From the NCBI GenBank assembly GCA_964199315.1, contig OZ116707.1, forward strand, positions 8,370,001-8,434,000: a stretch of DNA of 64,000 bases, read 5' to 3'. The stretch's first letter is position 1, and the number at the start of each line of letters is the position of its first letter. Of the stretch, positions 61,111 to 64,000 are shown piece by piece. The notes under the pieces are model-generated. The model saw only the letters and a list, made by a program, of their open reading frames with translations, ran no database searches and was not told the origin of the DNA. The position numbers were made by a program, and so were the translations under genes. This DNA comes from Orbicella franksi. Its lineage: Eukaryota.

Positions 61111-61994
61111 TTGTTGTTATTTCATCAAAAGAAGAAATATCCAAATTAACAAATATATATCTCATACATAATATTAGTGCTAGGCCTTTCCAGTATGGAT
61201 CTAGCACAGTGAGTTCCTTTTTTTGGCAATCTGAAGGCTAGTTGGTATTGAATTTTTGAATTTAATTGGCTTTTGACAACCAGAAATACATGGCATATGA
61301 CTGTTTTCAGGAATGGAAACAATCCATTTGGCAAAATCTAGAAAGAAAGAACCAGTCAGAGCTCTTGGATTTACCACACGACTAACTCTCCATATAATAA
61401 TGTTTATCCAGCATAGTTTTTGTTCAACAGCTACATGCAGTTGCCCCAGACACAGTGAATCTTCTCAAATCACCATCCAGACACTTAGTTGGACAACATT
61501 TTTAGCCAGCCATTTTAGAGATAAGGTATAGTGCTTCAGTGTTCTAAAATAGGAGATGTGAGATAGGATGCAGTCTTCAACCAATCAGAGCAAGTGCATC
61601 TCTATAATAACCCAAGTAACTATACTACAACTGAAATCAGTTTCAATATTAATGTTATTAAAACAAAAGCCTGTACAAACCTGCATTTGGAGCAACAGGA
61701 AAATCGAACTGGATTCTTTCGAATTCCCCGTTAATTCAAAATCAAAACCATTTCCCGTGGATTTGCCCTTAAGTCATTTACTATCGACTGTTTCAAACTA
61801 TTTTTCATTTCCCCTAACAGTTTGAAATAGCGGGGCCCCAACTGTATGTTTGAAATATGCTATGGAGTGAAGTGTGACATTTTGCAGAAGCGATCTTACA
61901 GTGTAGTACCGTACTAATAATCACTGTGAAGTACTTTCAAACAGATATAGCACATCCAGAGCTAGTTAATCTTAATCTAGCAAACATCAAACTC

Positions 61995-62175
61995 ACCCAC
62001 TAAGGTCTTTTCCAGCCAGTGATGGAAAGGCTCGGACCATGATGTCGCGTATCTCAGAGGCAGTGTAGTTCTTTGTGAATGCGATCTCCGCAACTCGCCT
62101 GGCGTTCAAAAGCCTTGTCATTTCAGCTTTAGTGGGAACCACATTAAGTCTTTTTTCCAAAAACACAACAGTTCT
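61995..62175 (-). pseudogene. Isolated exon-like coding remnant of unknown, probably transposon, origin
   Basis: RTVVFLEKRLNVVPTKAEMTRLLNARRVAEIAFTKNYTASEIRDIMVRAFPSLAGKDLSG followed by a GTGAGT donor. Confidence 0.35.
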
Positions 62176-64000
62176 TTGGAATGCACGATTGCTGTGACTT
62201 GTTTTCGCAAACGCAGAGCTTCAATCTCTTAATAACACTAAGAAAGCACACTAAAAGGCATGCGGCTCTAATTCGTATGCGTGTAGGTAATGTTTGAAAA
62301 AGCGTACCCAGGGAACGAGAAAACTGATGCCACTTATAATCACTTAGGTGTTACAAAAGAATGCTGAACAGTAATTGGTTATTTGGGCTGACTCTTTGCA
62401 CCTTGATTCAGAAAACATTATCTGTCTGCGGCTGAAAACTTTTTCCAACAGTTGGTTTTCATATAGCCATTAAAATTGCAATGTTTCATTTCAAGTTTTC
62501 CAATTCTCCGGATGCTGGACTGAACTGCTGTGTCTGGTTATTAGATTGCTTATGTAAATGAATTTCTCGCCAAAGAGTCACTTCCCTTGCCCAGACTTTG
62601 CCCTCATCTCCCTCCAGAGTATAGATTGCTCCCAGTGAAGAACGAGCTGGAAATAGTCAGTGTTGGCACTTAAAAGCATGGAGCAAAGTCATTTTTCTTC
62701 AGAGCTAAGGCCGTGCTACTGCCATGCTGAACTCAAAACATGTCAAAAGAACTCGGCAATGGTATGATAAAGAACGGTTTCAAATATTGAGTAGTCGCAC
62801 TCGACCTAATTCAGCATGGTAAACTGACTGGTTTCAAATGTGATCCAGTCGAAAAGCTTGGCGTGGAAGGATGGAAAAGAAAGAGAACGTGGATAAATTT
62901 TTGAATTTGTCAGTAGCGAAATCAAGAAAAAGCCTGTAGAACATTGATGATTCATGTCTCATTCCTGAGACTTCGGTGTATTACCGGTGTTTCATAAGGC
63001 TTGTACGCACTTAGCTGACAACATTTTGTTTGGTTCTTGACAAAAAATGCCTTTTCGATTTGCTAATCGTGGCACACTGAAGAAAATTTTTCCATCAAGC
63101 AGAGAAAACCTAGAGATCCATGAAAATTTCCTGATTGACATTTTCTTTCAGGACGTGGCGTGCAATTGAAAAATCTGGCTGACTTTCCACCCCCGACAAA
63201 AATATTTCCTGTTCCCTGAGGCAATATGTCTGCGCCTTTTAATTTTAAGTTTGGAAAAGGCTTATCAAAATTTGGGAAGAAAAATCATGGTGCTTGGCCC
63301 ACTTATATCCCGCTACTGCTGACAGATTTTTTCGCAATACAATCAAAATACGGGCCCATATATTGTAAACTATCCAGTGTAAACTCACCACTATCATGAT
63401 AAATGTAAGTCAACACTAGAAATGTGACAAAAATTACACTGATTATAAAAAGCAAAAAAGATCCGTCATCTCCACTGCCCGTCCCCTTCTCCACCCTTAG
63501 AATCTTTCGTCCAGGTGAGAGACAGGGATGACTAAAAAAGTACAGAAATCCACAGCGATGGCAGGGAATAAGGCAGGGAATACGAACCAGGGTGCTTATA
63601 TGTAGTTTCATGCCATGAGCTAATGAAAAGGTGAGATATTTGGGAGACTTTAATTTCGCACTGTGAATGAATAATATCTGCTCACTCTAGTTGTACGTGT
63701 GTAAAGCTTTTGTGTCAATAAGTCGAGCTGAAACTCTGAGCAATTGAAAGAGAACACGTTTATTAACCGAAGACAAGAAGCAAATACAATACAGACGAAG
63801 CAGGTAAAAGCAGTAACAAAGGTACCAAGCTAATTATACGTGAACCGCTATGAAAGTTTTACGAAAAGAAAGGAAAAGGTTATTGGTGAAAGGCAGATCA
63901 GAAAGTGTATTAAGTTGAGGGAGAAGTGAGTGATGTAGTGACTTTGGTGACTTATTGTATTATTTTCTTTAATTTCAAAGCCTAACAACCATGCTGAAGC

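Noticed and set aside
60735-61241. 168-aa plus-strand Asp/Gly/Val repeat ORF
   Set aside because: Antisense shadow of the minus-strand Pro/Ser/Thr repeat, which has the splice donor.
62600-63000. Possible tyrosine recombinase or other coding remnant
   Set aside because: No catalytic motif could be identified in any frame.

Overview
Eukaryotic, AT-rich DNA made almost entirely of nested transposable elements. The repeat types and spliceosomal introns suggest a cnidarian, probably a stony coral; that is inference, with no marker gene present. I found no housekeeping gene, rRNA, tRNA or CRISPR array. From left to right: a full-length but mutated BEL/Pao LTR retrotransposon (3072-10140, 372-bp LTRs, GATAT target-site duplication, TSD); a near-complete Penelope-like element with a hammerhead-like motif; a SWIM-YqaJ-PHD pseudogene; RTE, Tx1/L1 and CR1/L2-type LINE remnants; Harbinger-, Kolobok- and AcademH-type non-autonomous elements; and a Helentron OTU/DUF6570 fragment. 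Two long, decayed, intron-rich transposase-like genes lie on the minus strand, one with RAG1/Transib-type motifs and a downstream Ulp1 protease, one with P-element-type motifs. A 13.9-kb Kolobok element (35119-48980) interrupts the first gene and itself holds two younger elements. One is a pogo element with a HIRAN gene. The other is the main finding: a 5.2-kb element with CATAG...CTATG terminal inverted repeats (TIRs; 36068-41286), carrying an open two-exon RAG1/Transib-like transposase and a convergent, open three-exon chromodomain gene. All family calls come from motifs recognised by eye, not database searches.
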